Assembly: GCA_018696595.1 (NCBI GenBank)
Contig: JABHQW010000003.1
Span: 241,907 to 305,906, forward strand
Source: Candidatus Woesearchaeota archaeon
Lineage (GTDB): Archaea; Nanobdellota; Nanobdellia; Woesearchaeales; GW2011-AR9
Direction: 5' to 3'
DNA length: 64,000 bases
Shown: in pieces, positions 9,280-19,542 of the stretch
Layout: each line of letters opens with the position of its first letter
Position numbering within the stretch: the stretch's first letter is position 1
Translations under genes and position numbers: made by a program
The notes under the pieces: model-generated
Seen by the model: only the letters and a program-made list of their open reading frames with translations
Told to the model about the DNA's origin: nothing
Database searches by the model: none

Positions 9280-10188
9280 CTACTTATTTTTTGTGATTAA
9301 GCTTATTACAGTATCAGAAAAAGGGACAAGGATATCTTTTCTAGTAACTCCAAAATATTCTTGCCAACTTTCATCAAACCAACCACCATGCTTAAGAAAA
9401 GTTTCCTCTTCTTTCACAAAACTAGGATTATCAGAAACTAATAATTTTCCACCTGGCGCTAAACTTTTAGTGATATTAGCCATAGCTAATCTCTGTGCTT
9501 CTGGAGATAATTGATACATAACACTCATGCAATTAGCGAAATGGAATCTTCCTTCATGTAAAACAACATCAGCAATATCATTATGGTGAACATCAACGTT
9601 TCCAGGAAATATTTTTCTAAGTCTACCATGATTAACTTTAAAGGATTTAGGAACCTTTGCTTTCTTAATTCCTTCACGTAAATAATAGTTCGGACCAAAA
9701 CTTCTTGAACTTCGACATTCGGAATCAAAAAGTAATCCTAGCTCTCCTTCAACCGCACCTGAGCAACCTTTAGCAACCTTACAATAATCAAACCAAGATT
9801 CCCCACCAGTTGGATCTTCTTCCCAACTAATTCTTGCAAACAAATGTTTTCTTCCAAGAACATTTTCAACAATCCCAGAATGATTATCAACAATAGTCAT
9901 GCCATATTCAATTCCTTTTTCTTCAAGCTTTGCCCCGATAAAATATGGTTCATAAGAACAAAGTAAAGGATGAGCCCAAATGCCTACACCAATTTGTAAA
10001 ACTTCAAACTTTTCCAAAAACTCTACTTCTGGAATTACTTGTTGCTCTAAAACATTTAAAACTCTTGGCATTCGATCAATTCCCGTTTGGGTAAGATATT
10101 TTTCTGAGTCCAACCAAGTACTGCCTTGATGAATAATAACGGGTTCATATCTTTCTCTAAGTTCTGCTAATAATGTGTCTTTATCCAT
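9280..10188 (-). CDS. Putative class I SAM-dependent methyltransferase with large insertion (low confidence)
   Basis: VLQIGVGIW resembles motif I (VLDxGCGxG). IVDN acidic strand end. LAPGGKLLVSD resembles motif IV region. Confidence 0.3.
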   Translation of the reverse strand: MDKDTLLAELRERYEPVIIHQGSTWLDSEKYLTQTGIDRMPRVLNVLEQQVIPEVEFLEKFEVLQIGVGIWAHPLLCSYEPYFIGAKLEEKGIEYGMTIVDNHSGIVENVLGRKHLFARISWEEDPTGGESWFDYCKVAKGCSGAVEGELGLLFDSECRSSRSFGPNYYLREGIKKAKVPKSFKVNHGRLRKIFPGNVDVHHNDIADVVLHEGRFHFANCMSVMYQLSPEAQRLAMANITKSLAPGGKLLVSDNPSFVKEEETFLKHGGWFDESWQEYFGVTRKDILVPFSDTVISLITKNK

Positions 10189-10236
10189 TAGAATTGATTA
10201 AGATAAAGAATCTTTTAAAAATCTTTTGTAAAGGAA

Positions 10237-11787
10237 CTACTTAAGGGTAACAACTTCGCCCACTAAACTTCTTAACATATGCGAAACAATCTTAACCTTA
10301 ATCTTCTTACCAAGAGGAATCCGACCTTTAACACCAATAATCAAAGGATAAGTTCCAATTTGTCGACAGAAAGTAGTTTTTCCATCATAAATCTCTGTGT
10401 AAACTTCACTAAGAACAGTTCCAACAGGTACAACTCGTTTCAACATTGGCAAATCAATCTTCTGCCGGATTTCATTTCTCCATTTCCAATAATGTTTCTT
10501 ATTCTTTCGCAGAAACTTATTTCCGCCATGCTCTTCCAAATATGTTCCAGGCATAACGACAGCTTGCCGCAAATTAATACGACGCAACATTAATCCTGAA
10601 TCTAAGATCTCTAACAAAGCATCCATGTTCTTCTGATGAGTTCCTTTCCGTTCTTCAAGTAAACCAAAAATCAAATTCAAACCAGGAAGAAAAACAGGCA
10701 TTCCATTCTTGCCCCTCTCTGAACCATACTTGTTGATAATTTCAATTGCTTTCATTGCCACACTAGGAGTCGTGTTCATCCTGTTAGCCTTCACAACTTC
10801 CGGATCAAAAGATTCAATTCCAAAAGCAGCAATGTTTCCAGGGGTACAATATTTAACAATCGCTTTCGTTATTGCTTCGCCATCTTTAGAAACAACAGAA
10901 TTTGGATTAACATTATCAATATGAAGAACTTCAATCTTTGGACACTTTTTGTTAATCCCCTCCAATAACTCAATAGGCCTATCAATCGCATAAAAGTCTG
11001 CTTGTTTTCCAATACGAAAATAACGAGCCCCCGAATTATAATAAGCAACAACCTCTTCTAAAACACCTTCCATTTTACGATTACAAAACTTATTCTTGAT
11101 TGACTCGGTACAAAAACTACACTTCCCGAACTTGCAACCACGAGAAGTTTCAATTTCAATTACTCTTTTATCAGGAATCTGATTCAATATACCGGCACCT
11201 TCAACCACGTATTTATCTAACTCATCAAAAGCATAAGTATAATCTTTAACTTCATTAAACAAAGATAAATCTTCTTTCTCAAAAGATTTTCCACCTTCAA
11301 GTTGGGTACCAAATACGGCAGGCCCAGTAAGAATTTTCTCACACTTAATATCCTTTAACATTGGCAAGACTTCTTTTAAAGTCCCAGGAACAGCAGTTAA
11401 ATATTTGCCAGGAACGTGTACCCCAAGAATTACAATCAACAGATCTGTTTTTAATAAAGTTTCTTCAGCCTTATTCTTGGTAAGGTTATTCACATAAATG
11501 TTTGTTTTCTCTTTCACAGAAGGTTCTTTCTTAACACCTTTCAACTGTTTCCATAATCTTAAATCATCAATAGTCAGATAATTAACGGAATCTCCTGAAG
11601 AAGTAAACTTACCAAATAAATACCTAGGATAAGTTCCTAAGTATGGTGGAACACCTAATCCAGAAGCTTCATCTGTGTAACAGTCAAGTATAGTTATGTT
11701 CATGATATCATTAATTACTTGTTTTATTATAAATATAACGATTGAAAATATAACTCCCAGTACAACAATGCTTTTTAACAAGTTCAA
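10237..11787 (-). CDS. Radical SAM protein with C-terminal TRAM-like domain (B12-binding-domain/radical SAM type), atypical CX4CX2C
   Basis: ETSRGCKFGKCSFCTE cluster binding motif (C-x4-C-x2-C). Rossmann-like N-terminal domain (ILDCYTDE..LLIVILGVHVPG). C-terminal beta-rich TRAM-like tail. Lacks the three-Cys MTTase domain of MiaB. Confidence 0.55.
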   Translation of the reverse strand: MNLLKSIVVLGVIFSIVIFIIKQVINDIMNITILDCYTDEASGLGVPPYLGTYPRYLFGKFTSSGDSVNYLTIDDLRLWKQLKGVKKEPSVKEKTNIYVNNLTKNKAEETLLKTDLLIVILGVHVPGKYLTAVPGTLKEVLPMLKDIKCEKILTGPAVFGTQLEGGKSFEKEDLSLFNEVKDYTYAFDELDKYVVEGAGILNQIPDKRVIEIETSRGCKFGKCSFCTESIKNKFCNRKMEGVLEEVVAYYNSGARYFRIGKQADFYAIDRPIELLEGINKKCPKIEVLHIDNVNPNSVVSKDGEAITKAIVKYCTPGNIAAFGIESFDPEVVKANRMNTTPSVAMKAIEIINKYGSERGKNGMPVFLPGLNLIFGLLEERKGTHQKNMDALLEILDSGLMLRRINLRQAVVMPGTYLEEHGGNKFLRKNKKHYWKWRNEIRQKIDLPMLKRVVPVGTVLSEVYTEIYDGKTTFCRQIGTYPLIIGVKGRIPLGKKIKVKIVSHMLRSLVGEVVTLK

Positions 11788-11798
11788 GATAATAAATA

Positions 11799-12380
11799 TT
11801 GAAAAAGATGGTCTATAAAATAGGATTAACTTCTACCCACGGCACAGGAAAAACATCATTAAGATTCGATGTTGCTGGCGCTTTATCAAAAAGGGGGATC
11901 AAAACAATTGATGTTAGAGAAGTCGCCACATTAGCAACACATTTGGGGATTCCGATTAACCAAGAGACAACTTTAGAAGCACAAGCATGGATATTACATA
12001 AACAATGCACATTAGAACTTAAAGGAGAAATCGACAAATATCAAGCTATTGTTTCAGATAGGACGGTTTTTGATAATTATATCTATTTAGCTAATGCCTG
12101 TGGAGAAAACCCTCATTATTTGAATTTAGCATTGAACCATGCAAAACAACACCCATATTCAAAGATTTATTTATTACCTGTAGTTGGAGAACTGGAAGAA
12201 AATGGAACCAGAGATGCTGAAGATAAACAATTTCAAATAACCATCAATGACAAATTAGAAGCATTTCTGGAAAAACATAATATTGAACATATTAAACTTC
12301 CAATTCCTAAACCTTATGATGGCGATAGAGAAGAGTGGTTAAAATTAATTGTTTATGAAACACTTAAAGATTTAGAATAA
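11799..12380 (+). CDS. P-loop NTPase (AAA_28 / NadR-kinase-like)
   Basis: Walker A GLTSTHGTGKTS at N-terminus, ~190 aa. Confidence 0.45.
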   Translation: MKKMVYKIGLTSTHGTGKTSLRFDVAGALSKRGIKTIDVREVATLATHLGIPINQETTLEAQAWILHKQCTLELKGEIDKYQAIVSDRTVFDNYIYLANACGENPHYLNLALNHAKQHPYSKIYLLPVVGELEENGTRDAEDKQFQITINDKLEAFLEKHNIEHIKLPIPKPYDGDREEWLKLIVYETLKDLE

Positions 12381-12384
12381 TAGA

Positions 12385-13110
12385 ATGGCAAAACAGATAA
12401 TCTTAATTGCTGGCAACATTTGTGCAGGAAAGACCGAACTTGGTAAGTACATTGAAGAAAATAAAGCACAGTTCGAACCATTTCTTGCAGAAGGTGAAGA
12501 AGTTACATTCATTCCTGAATTTATTGATCCAGTAGCATTAGAGTTATTTTATAAAGACATGAAAGAACATAGTGTAACCTTTGAAGAAAGCTGTCTAAGA
12601 GGAAGAATTAACCGCCACTTAAAAGCCAAACAGGAGTCAGGGATTTACATTTTTGACAGAGGCACGATTGAAGGAGCAGAAACATTTTGTAAGAATTCTT
12701 TCGAAGAAGATAATCTTTCACGTGAAGACTATGAGAATTACCATCGTAACTTAGAAAGGGGATTAGACCAATTAGATCGTACAAAACAAGATCAATGGTT
12801 AGAACAGATAGTTATTTATTTAAAAGTTGGTAATGAAAAAGTTTTAGTTGAAAGACAAAAACAAAGAGATACAGCTAACGAAACTATTCCTATTGAATAT
12901 CTAATAAAGATTAACAGAATGTATGAAACTCTTTTTGGTAATGTTGACCTGGTTTATTCAAAGTATGCTGTAAGGGCGCCAGAAGTAATAACAGTTGACG
13001 CCACCCAGGATTTCACTCGAGATAAAGGTTATCATTCAAGAATACTAGACTCTTTGGTCCAATCACTAGAAAGAAAACAAGATAGAAACCAACAAATTCT
13101 TCTAAAGTAA
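12385..13110 (+). CDS. Deoxynucleoside kinase-like P-loop kinase
   Basis: P-loop IAGNICAGKTE, DRG(T) motif like ERS of dNKs, arginine-rich lid ERQKQRD. Confidence 0.4.
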   Translation: MAKQIILIAGNICAGKTELGKYIEENKAQFEPFLAEGEEVTFIPEFIDPVALELFYKDMKEHSVTFEESCLRGRINRHLKAKQESGIYIFDRGTIEGAETFCKNSFEEDNLSREDYENYHRNLERGLDQLDRTKQDQWLEQIVIYLKVGNEKVLVERQKQRDTANETIPIEYLIKINRMYETLFGNVDLVYSKYAVRAPEVITVDATQDFTRDKGYHSRILDSLVQSLERKQDRNQQILLK

Positions 13111-13146
13111 TAAATAAGAAAAAAGAAAAAAGAAAAAAAAAGAAAT

Positions 13147-15114
13147 TTACTTTCGCTTCATTAACCAGTAAGCAACCACAATTACTGCAATTACTACCAA
13201 GATTAAAGCCACCCACGGCCAAGTTGATTTGCCTTCTTTAGTTATTTCTTCAGTTATTTCTTCAGTAGTTTCTTCAACAACTTCTTCGCCAACTTCAGCT
13301 ACTTCAGCCACTTCTTCAGCAACTAGCTCTTCTTCAGTTAACGGAGCCGCTTCTTCTTTTTGCCCAATTACAAAATAACTGAATCCAGGAGTTTCCGCGG
13401 TATAATGTTGATAAGTATCATCAGCAGAACCAAGGGTTGTCTTCAACTCTACCCACTTCTCATCGACATACCTAAACATAGCAACATTATTCTTACTAAA
13501 CTTGTTTTCTTTCAACCATGCTTTAGTTACTTTAAAGTCAATTGTTACTGATCCTTCTAAAGCTTCTTGAACATTATTCTCAGTAATCTTAACATTCTTG
13601 TAAACTTTGTTACTAAATGTTTTAACGTTACTCGGCAAACTAGTTTTCTTCTCAACTTTTAACCAAGCCCCGTAAATGGTTTTGTCAACTTTAAAGTTTA
13701 CTTCAGTAACACCAATTTCACCATTATCAACTTCCACGGTGGCTGTTTCTCCACTATTAATGGAAGCCCAAACTTCTTTTGCAAATAAACCCGCAGCACC
13801 TGTTCCGATACCACCAGAAGAACCACTATTACCACCACCACTAGATGATGCTGTACTTTCAGTATATTGGACACTACGCGCATTTCCAGCCTCGTCTGTA
13901 CAAACAACAGTAAAAGTAAAGGAAGTTTCAGATTGCAATCCAGAATAAGTAATTGTCCAGGAATCTTTAGTCCCAGTAATAGAACCAATATCTGAAGTAC
14001 AACTAGCAGCATCAACATTTGTACTTACATCAATTGTAAGTGAACTGGTTGATATAGTTGTAGATGTAAAAGAAATAGTTGGTGCAGTATTGTCAATCCA
14101 AAATGTTCTATTTACTGACCAAGACTCATTAATGTTATTAGCAGTATCATTCACATAAACAGTTAAGTTATAATGACCATCAGTAATATTTGCAGTACCA
14201 TAACTAATGTTCCAAGAACTTCCATTAGCAGCAGTAATGTTTATTAAATACTGAGACCCACTAGCATTACTAAAATTAAGAACAACCCAATCAACACCAG
14301 CTAAACCATCTGTAGCAGTTACGTTAAAAAGAACAACACCACTTAAGTTATTACTAGAGTTACCAGTTATGTTCAACTGAGTAACTGCTGGAGCAATAGT
14401 ATCATAAACAAACTCAAATCTAGTAGTACTATTCACATTGTTAACTGTATCGTTTGCCAAGATAGTTAAATTATATCTATTGTTACTCAAATTACCAGAC
14501 GCATTTAATGTAAAGTTCCAATAATTGCCATTAGCAACAGATGAGTTGTAGATATAAATTTGTCCACTACTACCATTACTAATATTAAACCTTACCCAAT
14601 CCATTCCAACTAAAGCATCTGTGGCAGTTACATTGAAAAGGAAAGTGTTAGTACTAAAATTACCTGCCGGTGTGTTAATAGTTACTACAGGAACAGTGTT
14701 ATCAACTGTAATATTTATCGAATAATTAGATGGCATATTCAATGCACCAGAAACATTGGACATGTTAATCATTAATTTATACATTCCATCTGTAAGAATT
14801 GAGGTGTCAAATAATGAAGATTGATTATTATCAAATTTAACGTCATTTAAAGTATTATTCCAAATAGTTTCGTTGTAAACAAAAGATCCATTTAATGCTT
14901 GAAAACGAAACGTCACATTTGTAATGTTGTTAGCGTTTGACCCATCTTGGTTCAATGTTACATTCAGCACAATACTCCCACTATAATTAGTCATATTTAC
15001 TGGTGCAACGACCGTCGAAGAACTAATTAGTCCAAAAGCAAAACAAGCTAATAAAACAAATACTAAAACAAATAAAACCAGGATCCCTTTTTTTTTGAAA
15101 TTCATATATATCAA
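13147..15114 (-). CDS. Large N-glycosylation-rich cell-surface (S-layer-like) protein with C-terminal TM anchor
   Basis: Signal-peptide-like N-terminus, dozens of N-x-S/T sequons, internal ~90-aa tandem repeat, Gly/Ser linker, acidic E-rich stalk, C-terminal WPWVALILVVIAVIVVAYWLMKRK. Confidence 0.6.
   Translation of the reverse strand: MIYMNFKKKGILVLFVLVFVLLACFAFGLISSSTVVAPVNMTNYSGSIVLNVTLNQDGSNANNITNVTFRFQALNGSFVYNETIWNNTLNDVKFDNNQSSLFDTSILTDGMYKLMINMSNVSGALNMPSNYSINITVDNTVPVVTINTPAGNFSTNTFLFNVTATDALVGMDWVRFNISNGSSGQIYIYNSSVANGNYWNFTLNASGNLSNNRYNLTILANDTVNNVNSTTRFEFVYDTIAPAVTQLNITGNSSNNLSGVVLFNVTATDGLAGVDWVVLNFSNASGSQYLINITAANGSSWNISYGTANITDGHYNLTVYVNDTANNINESWSVNRTFWIDNTAPTISFTSTTISTSSLTIDVSTNVDAASCTSDIGSITGTKDSWTITYSGLQSETSFTFTVVCTDEAGNARSVQYTESTASSSGGGNSGSSGGIGTGAAGLFAKEVWASINSGETATVEVDNGEIGVTEVNFKVDKTIYGAWLKVEKKTSLPSNVKTFSNKVYKNVKITENNVQEALEGSVTIDFKVTKAWLKENKFSKNNVAMFRYVDEKWVELKTTLGSADDTYQHYTAETPGFSYFVIGQKEEAAPLTEEELVAEEVAEVAEVGEEVVEETTEEITEEITKEGKSTWPWVALILVVIAVIVVAYWLMKRK
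14082..14628 (-). repeat. Intragenic tandem duplication (~270 bp x2) encoding two sequon-rich Ig-like repeats
   Basis: Protein repeats VTATDALVGMDWVRFNISNG...VYDTIAPAV and VTATDGLAGVDWVVLNFSNA...WIDNTAPTI. Confidence 0.55.
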
Positions 15115-15240
15115 CCTCTTTTTTTAAATGTAAATTTATAGTAATAGTAAATCTTAGGACATTATAAAAGTTTCTTTTTCTAGAAAATAGTTCTATATCT
15201 GTAAACTATATGTTCAATAACATAAATAAAAAGAAAAAAA

Positions 15241-15389
15241 TGGACTTGCCGAGACTTTCAAAAATAATTCCGCAGTGCGTTGGATTTTATATCCAACTCG
15301 CTCTTGCGTATCAAATGCGCGTAACCATTTGGTTGAACTCGGGTCCCACGGCTGCCAGCCGTGAATAATAGCCGTTATACTACAAGCCC
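15241..15389 (-). tRNA. tRNA-Ala(GGC) with ~75-nt intron in the T-loop
   Basis: Minus strand reads GGGCTTG-TA-GTAT..ATT-CACGG CTGGCAG CCGTG-GGAC-CCGAG TTCAA[intron]GT CTCGG-CAAGTCC-A. G3:U70 Ala identity pair present. Intact anticodon arm. T-stem CCGAG/CTCGG. Intron ends TTTTTGAAA. Confidence 0.55.
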
Positions 15390-15438
15390 AAAACAAAACA
15401 GAAATAATTAACCTACTATATATACATAACGGAAAAAT

Positions 15439-17154
15439 TCAAACCATCTTTTCAACTTCTTCACTAGTTGTAGCCTGCTCTGCTTTCTTATCATCTCTAA
15501 ACTTCAAAAATCTTGGAAATCGTAAAGCCAATCCAGAAGCGGCCGTATGAAACGGACTTTTAGTAACTTCTGCACCAAAAACTTCTACAACCACATTTGG
15601 TGAAAACCAAACATCTGCTTCCATTTCTTTCTTAAACAGTAACCGAGCAGGTTGTTTCTTAAGTTCATACTTCTTTAATTTCTTGGGCAATTCTGCTAAA
15701 ACCTCATCAGTTAAACCAGTTCCCAATTTACAAAAAGTTTCAAACCGATCTTCTTTGTCATTATAAACTGCACAAAGTAAAGCCCCGTAAACTCCACTCC
15801 TTTTACCCCTACCGTAAAAAGCACCAACGATAACCAAATCAAGAGTATCAATCATTTCTTGAACGTATTCCTTTTTCCATTTGATCCAATTCCAACCCCG
15901 AACCCCGGCTTGATAGACAGAATCTTCTGCTCGGGACTTAATAAAAATACCTTCATAACCAGAATTCAACATTTTTCTAAAGAATTCATCAATCTCATTA
16001 ACATCATCAGTAAGAATTCTTTCAGTAGGATTAACTTCTTTATTCTTATGTAAAATCTTTTCTAATTTTTCACTTCTCTTAAAATAAGGTTCGTTCAAAT
16101 AAGGTTTTCCATTTAAATATAATAAATCAAAAACTTTGAAATTGATTGGAATCTTCTTAACATATTCTTCAATGTCGTGTTTTCTTCTTCTCTGCATTAA
16201 AACTTGGAACGGTTGCGGTTTACCATCTTGATCAACAGCAAGAACTTCTCCCTCAACAATAAATTCTTTCTCGGGAATTGCTTTCAGTAGATACTTAACT
16301 AAATCTGGAAATTGATCAGTAATATTATCAAGTCTTCTGGAAAATAAATGTATTTTTCCTTCTTTATCTTTATGTGCTTGGATTCTTTCCCCATCATATT
16401 TAGCTTCAACAGTAACTTTGCCAGGAATCTTTTCTTGTGCTTCCTCTAACGATTTAACTCTTTGCCCGAGCATCATTCTTATTGGTATGCCAACATGAAT
16501 CTCAATCTTTTCAATCGCTTTCAAACCTTTCTTAGCTAAAGTTTCCGCAATAATTCCTACGTCAGGACAAATGTTGTAAGCGTTTTCCAAAATTTTCTTA
16601 TTTTGCTTATCTCCCGTAAAAGCCATTGCTAAAGCATCAAGTACGGCCATTTCTGCTACGCCCATTCTTAACGTTCCTAAAGCAACTCTTACTAAATACT
16701 TAGCACTTTTACCAGTACATTTCTGTAACATTGCTGCAAGAGTATTAATTTTCAAATCCTGGCTTTTCGCTCCAGAAGTTTCTGCAATCTTATGTAATCC
16801 TTTGAAAGCTTCATCTAAAGTTAATTTTCCTACTGGAACAAGAGTCATTGGTTTTGTTTTCATAATTTTCTCTGCTACTAAACCGGCATCACCTGTTTCT
16901 TTCAAAATTCTTTTAACTCTGCTTGAATCTGCACCACCAGCAATAGAAATTGATTTCAAAACCATCTTCTCTGCTAGATTTAATACAACAGATTGATAGT
17001 CAGAAGCAATCTGCCCAAGAGTTAGATAAGAAATAATTCTAATGTCGTCCTTTGGAACTTCTTTAAAGAATTCTGCTAGAATTTCTCTTATTTGATTCCC
17101 TGAAGCAGTATTTTCTAGTTCTTCATAGATGTTGGCTAGCTTAGTAAAGTCCAT
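15439..17154 (-). CDS. lig: ATP-dependent DNA ligase
   Basis: 571 aa. Motif I EAKYDGERIQ (KxDG adenylation site), OB-fold C-terminal domain. Archaeal Lig1-like length. Confidence 0.85.
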   Translation of the reverse strand: MDFTKLANIYEELENTASGNQIREILAEFFKEVPKDDIRIISYLTLGQIASDYQSVVLNLAEKMVLKSISIAGGADSSRVKRILKETGDAGLVAEKIMKTKPMTLVPVGKLTLDEAFKGLHKIAETSGAKSQDLKINTLAAMLQKCTGKSAKYLVRVALGTLRMGVAEMAVLDALAMAFTGDKQNKKILENAYNICPDVGIIAETLAKKGLKAIEKIEIHVGIPIRMMLGQRVKSLEEAQEKIPGKVTVEAKYDGERIQAHKDKEGKIHLFSRRLDNITDQFPDLVKYLLKAIPEKEFIVEGEVLAVDQDGKPQPFQVLMQRRRKHDIEEYVKKIPINFKVFDLLYLNGKPYLNEPYFKRSEKLEKILHKNKEVNPTERILTDDVNEIDEFFRKMLNSGYEGIFIKSRAEDSVYQAGVRGWNWIKWKKEYVQEMIDTLDLVIVGAFYGRGKRSGVYGALLCAVYNDKEDRFETFCKLGTGLTDEVLAELPKKLKKYELKKQPARLLFKKEMEADVWFSPNVVVEVFGAEVTKSPFHTAASGLALRFPRFLKFRDDKKAEQATTSEEVEKMV

Positions 17155-17279
17155 AGAATTCTAGATTACTCATTATTATTTAAAGGTTGTTGTAAGATAT
17201 TAAAAGTTAAAAATAGACCACCCCCATAAAGTAACAACCCCACAAAAACTTTATAAACAAAAACAATTCTGAAAGTAAT

Positions 17280-18164
17280 ATGAGAAAATATCTTTGTAAT
17301 GATTGTAATTTAGAAAGGTTATTAAAAAGTTTTGCAGGTAAAACCTTTGAAGATCCAAGAATAGTTTTAAACTCATTATCTGAATTAAATAAGCAAGATA
17401 TGGAAGATTATGTTAAAGTAAAAGGCTTAGACGTATTGAAACAAGGAAGAGAAACACTTTTACAAGGAATTTATACAATGACATTAGGTGGTATAGCTTT
17501 AAACCATCAAATTGGCAGAGAAATGGAATTTTCAGATTTTTTAATTGTAGGTGGCTTATGGTTTGGAGCATTAGCATCAACAGGGGCTACTTTATTACAT
17601 AAAAATGAGACCAAAGAACTTTCCGAAAAATTAGAAGAAATTTGTTATCCTCATTGGTCAACTTTTATCCGTGAAAATAAAGGGATGTATCAATTAAGTA
17701 CAGAATCAGTAAAAGATCCAAAAGATAATAGCTGGGGAAGCGATGAAGAAATAATGAACCAAAAATCAGAAGAAGGAAAAAAAATCATAGATTCTGAAAG
17801 ATCACTGGAAAATAGAAAACAGGGTGAAGCATATGTTTTAGTAAACGGAGTATTAGTTACTGAATGTGAATCCAGAAACGAAACAGCTGATGTTATTGAT
17901 TTTAAAACAGGAATAAAACTAGAAGAAGAATCTTATTCAACAAATCTTAAAATTGTTACAAAAAATGAATTTGGTTTAAAAACAGCTGATGCATATATAG
18001 AAGCACCAACTAATGAATTATTAGGTCAAGATAGATCTTTATTAGGACAAGAATTATGGATGTTATGCCAATATGAAGGAGAAAAAATTAGAGTAGTAGA
18101 TTATGGCCCTGCTGTTAATATAACTCCGACTGTTCCTGAAGTTATTAGAAAAGTCCAAGTTTGA
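17280..18164 (+). CDS. Hypothetical protein
   Basis: 294-aa ORF, no motif. Confidence 0.4.
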   Translation: MRKYLCNDCNLERLLKSFAGKTFEDPRIVLNSLSELNKQDMEDYVKVKGLDVLKQGRETLLQGIYTMTLGGIALNHQIGREMEFSDFLIVGGLWFGALASTGATLLHKNETKELSEKLEEICYPHWSTFIRENKGMYQLSTESVKDPKDNSWGSDEEIMNQKSEEGKKIIDSERSLENRKQGEAYVLVNGVLVTECESRNETADVIDFKTGIKLEEESYSTNLKIVTKNEFGLKTADAYIEAPTNELLGQDRSLLGQELWMLCQYEGEKIRVVDYGPAVNITPTVPEVIRKVQV

Positions 18165-18220
18165 AAATAATTAGAAGATTTAAAGGTTGTTGTGCTAGAA
18201 ATAGAAAGATCCAAAATAAA

Positions 18221-18793
18221 TTATTTATACTCTTCCATTAATGCTAATTTAGGATCTAATAATTCTTCAACCAAATCTGGATCCTCAAAATATGGGCCCG
18301 CAATCATAAAAACATAAATTTTGTCTCCTCTACGTATCTGAATAATATTACCAAAAATTTCATCATCATCATTCACTAAAAATGAAAAAAAAGTTTCATC
18401 ACCCAAATCAATAAAGTTTTCTTGTTCTTCTACTTTACTATCACCAAAATATGCGCCACCTTTGTAAGCCAGAATAAAGTTTCTGAAACTTTGTTTTGCT
18501 TCAGCCACATTTTTCTCAAAGTTAATAGATGACATGATCATTAACTGATCAACTTTTTCTATTTCAAAGGAATCGTATTCATATTCTATTTCAATAGACC
18601 CATCAGTATAAGCAACTTTATCATATTCTCCAATTTCTGCCAGATATGAAAGATCATAGTCTTGAAAATCTTCAACTGAAATTAATAAACCCTTTTCTTC
18701 TTCAGAAATAGATAAAGGGATACATCCACTAATAAAAAACATTAAGATTAACAAAATGGGGGTTATTTTCTTCATCAATACAGATTTAAACAC
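18221..18793 (-). CDS. Putative secreted lipoprotein
   Basis: N-terminal signal with lipobox-like FISGC, acidic mature domain. Confidence 0.4.
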   Translation of the reverse strand: MFKSVLMKKITPILLILMFFISGCIPLSISEEEKGLLISVEDFQDYDLSYLAEIGEYDKVAYTDGSIEIEYEYDSFEIEKVDQLMIMSSINFEKNVAEAKQSFRNFILAYKGGAYFGDSKVEEQENFIDLGDETFFSFLVNDDDEIFGNIIQIRRGDKIYVFMIAGPYFEDPDLVEELLDPKLALMEEYK

Positions 18794-19221
18794 AATAAGT
18801 ATATAAAATTATAGTTGCAACAGAACAACAATTTAAAAAAAGAATTTACTCTTCTTCTTCCTCTTCTTCAACTTTCTTCTTTACAAAAGAACTAAGAGTA
18901 TGACAACTCATCATTGCTTTATAAGAAATTTTTTTTGTAACGTTTTTTATAATCATCCATCACCTCTTTTTTGTAAACACCCAGCGGAAAAACTAATTTC
19001 CGTGGATGTCGGAAGTTCCTTTGTTCCCTAACACCTATCAGAAATTCAGAAAGCGAACTTGTTTATAAATAATGTTGGGGTTGAAAATATATTCTATAAC
19101 CCGATACCATTCCAAAAGTATAATTGCAGTTTACTACTCGCAACCAATATGTCCCATTACTACTTTTGTAGAGGTAGAAAAAGTTTAAGATTAAATTAAA
19201 AATAATTATTAAAAGTTTTAG

Positions 19222-19524
19222 TCAGAACCAGATCTCGGGAAATTGTTTTCTAATTTCCAAAACGAGATTCAAAGATTCTTTATACTGAACATAAGTATTT
19301 TCTTTCATCTGTGCAAAAGTCTCATCTTGCGATAAATAGGGAATACATTTTTCTTCATAACGTAAAATCCTACCAGTTAACCCAGATAAACAATTTCCTT
19401 TACGATGAACTTTAGCTCCATCAGGTGGCAGAGCATTTAGTTGCACTTTCAAGTGAGTATATAAAGAATAAACTTCTCTGTCTTGTAAACGTTCTTCTAA
19501 CTCTTCTCTTGTTTCTTGTTTCAT
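19222..19524 (-). CDS. Hypothetical protein
   Basis: 100-aa ORF. Confidence 0.3.
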   Translation of the reverse strand: MKQETREELEERLQDREVYSLYTHLKVQLNALPPDGAKVHRKGNCLSGLTGRILRYEEKCIPYLSQDETFAQMKENTYVQYKESLNLVLEIRKQFPEIWF

Positions 19525-19542
19525 TTTACTAAGAACATCTAT

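Noticed and set aside
13698-14018. Antisense ORFs inside the big surface-protein gene (13360..13551, 13676..13948, 13698..14018)
   Set aside because: Embedded in, and antisense to, a far longer ORF with clear protein features. Repetitive L/V-rich translations are typical of shadow ORFs.
15214-15396. 60-aa minus-strand ORF
   Set aside because: Coincides exactly with the tRNA-Ala gene and its intron. Interpreted as RNA gene, not CDS.
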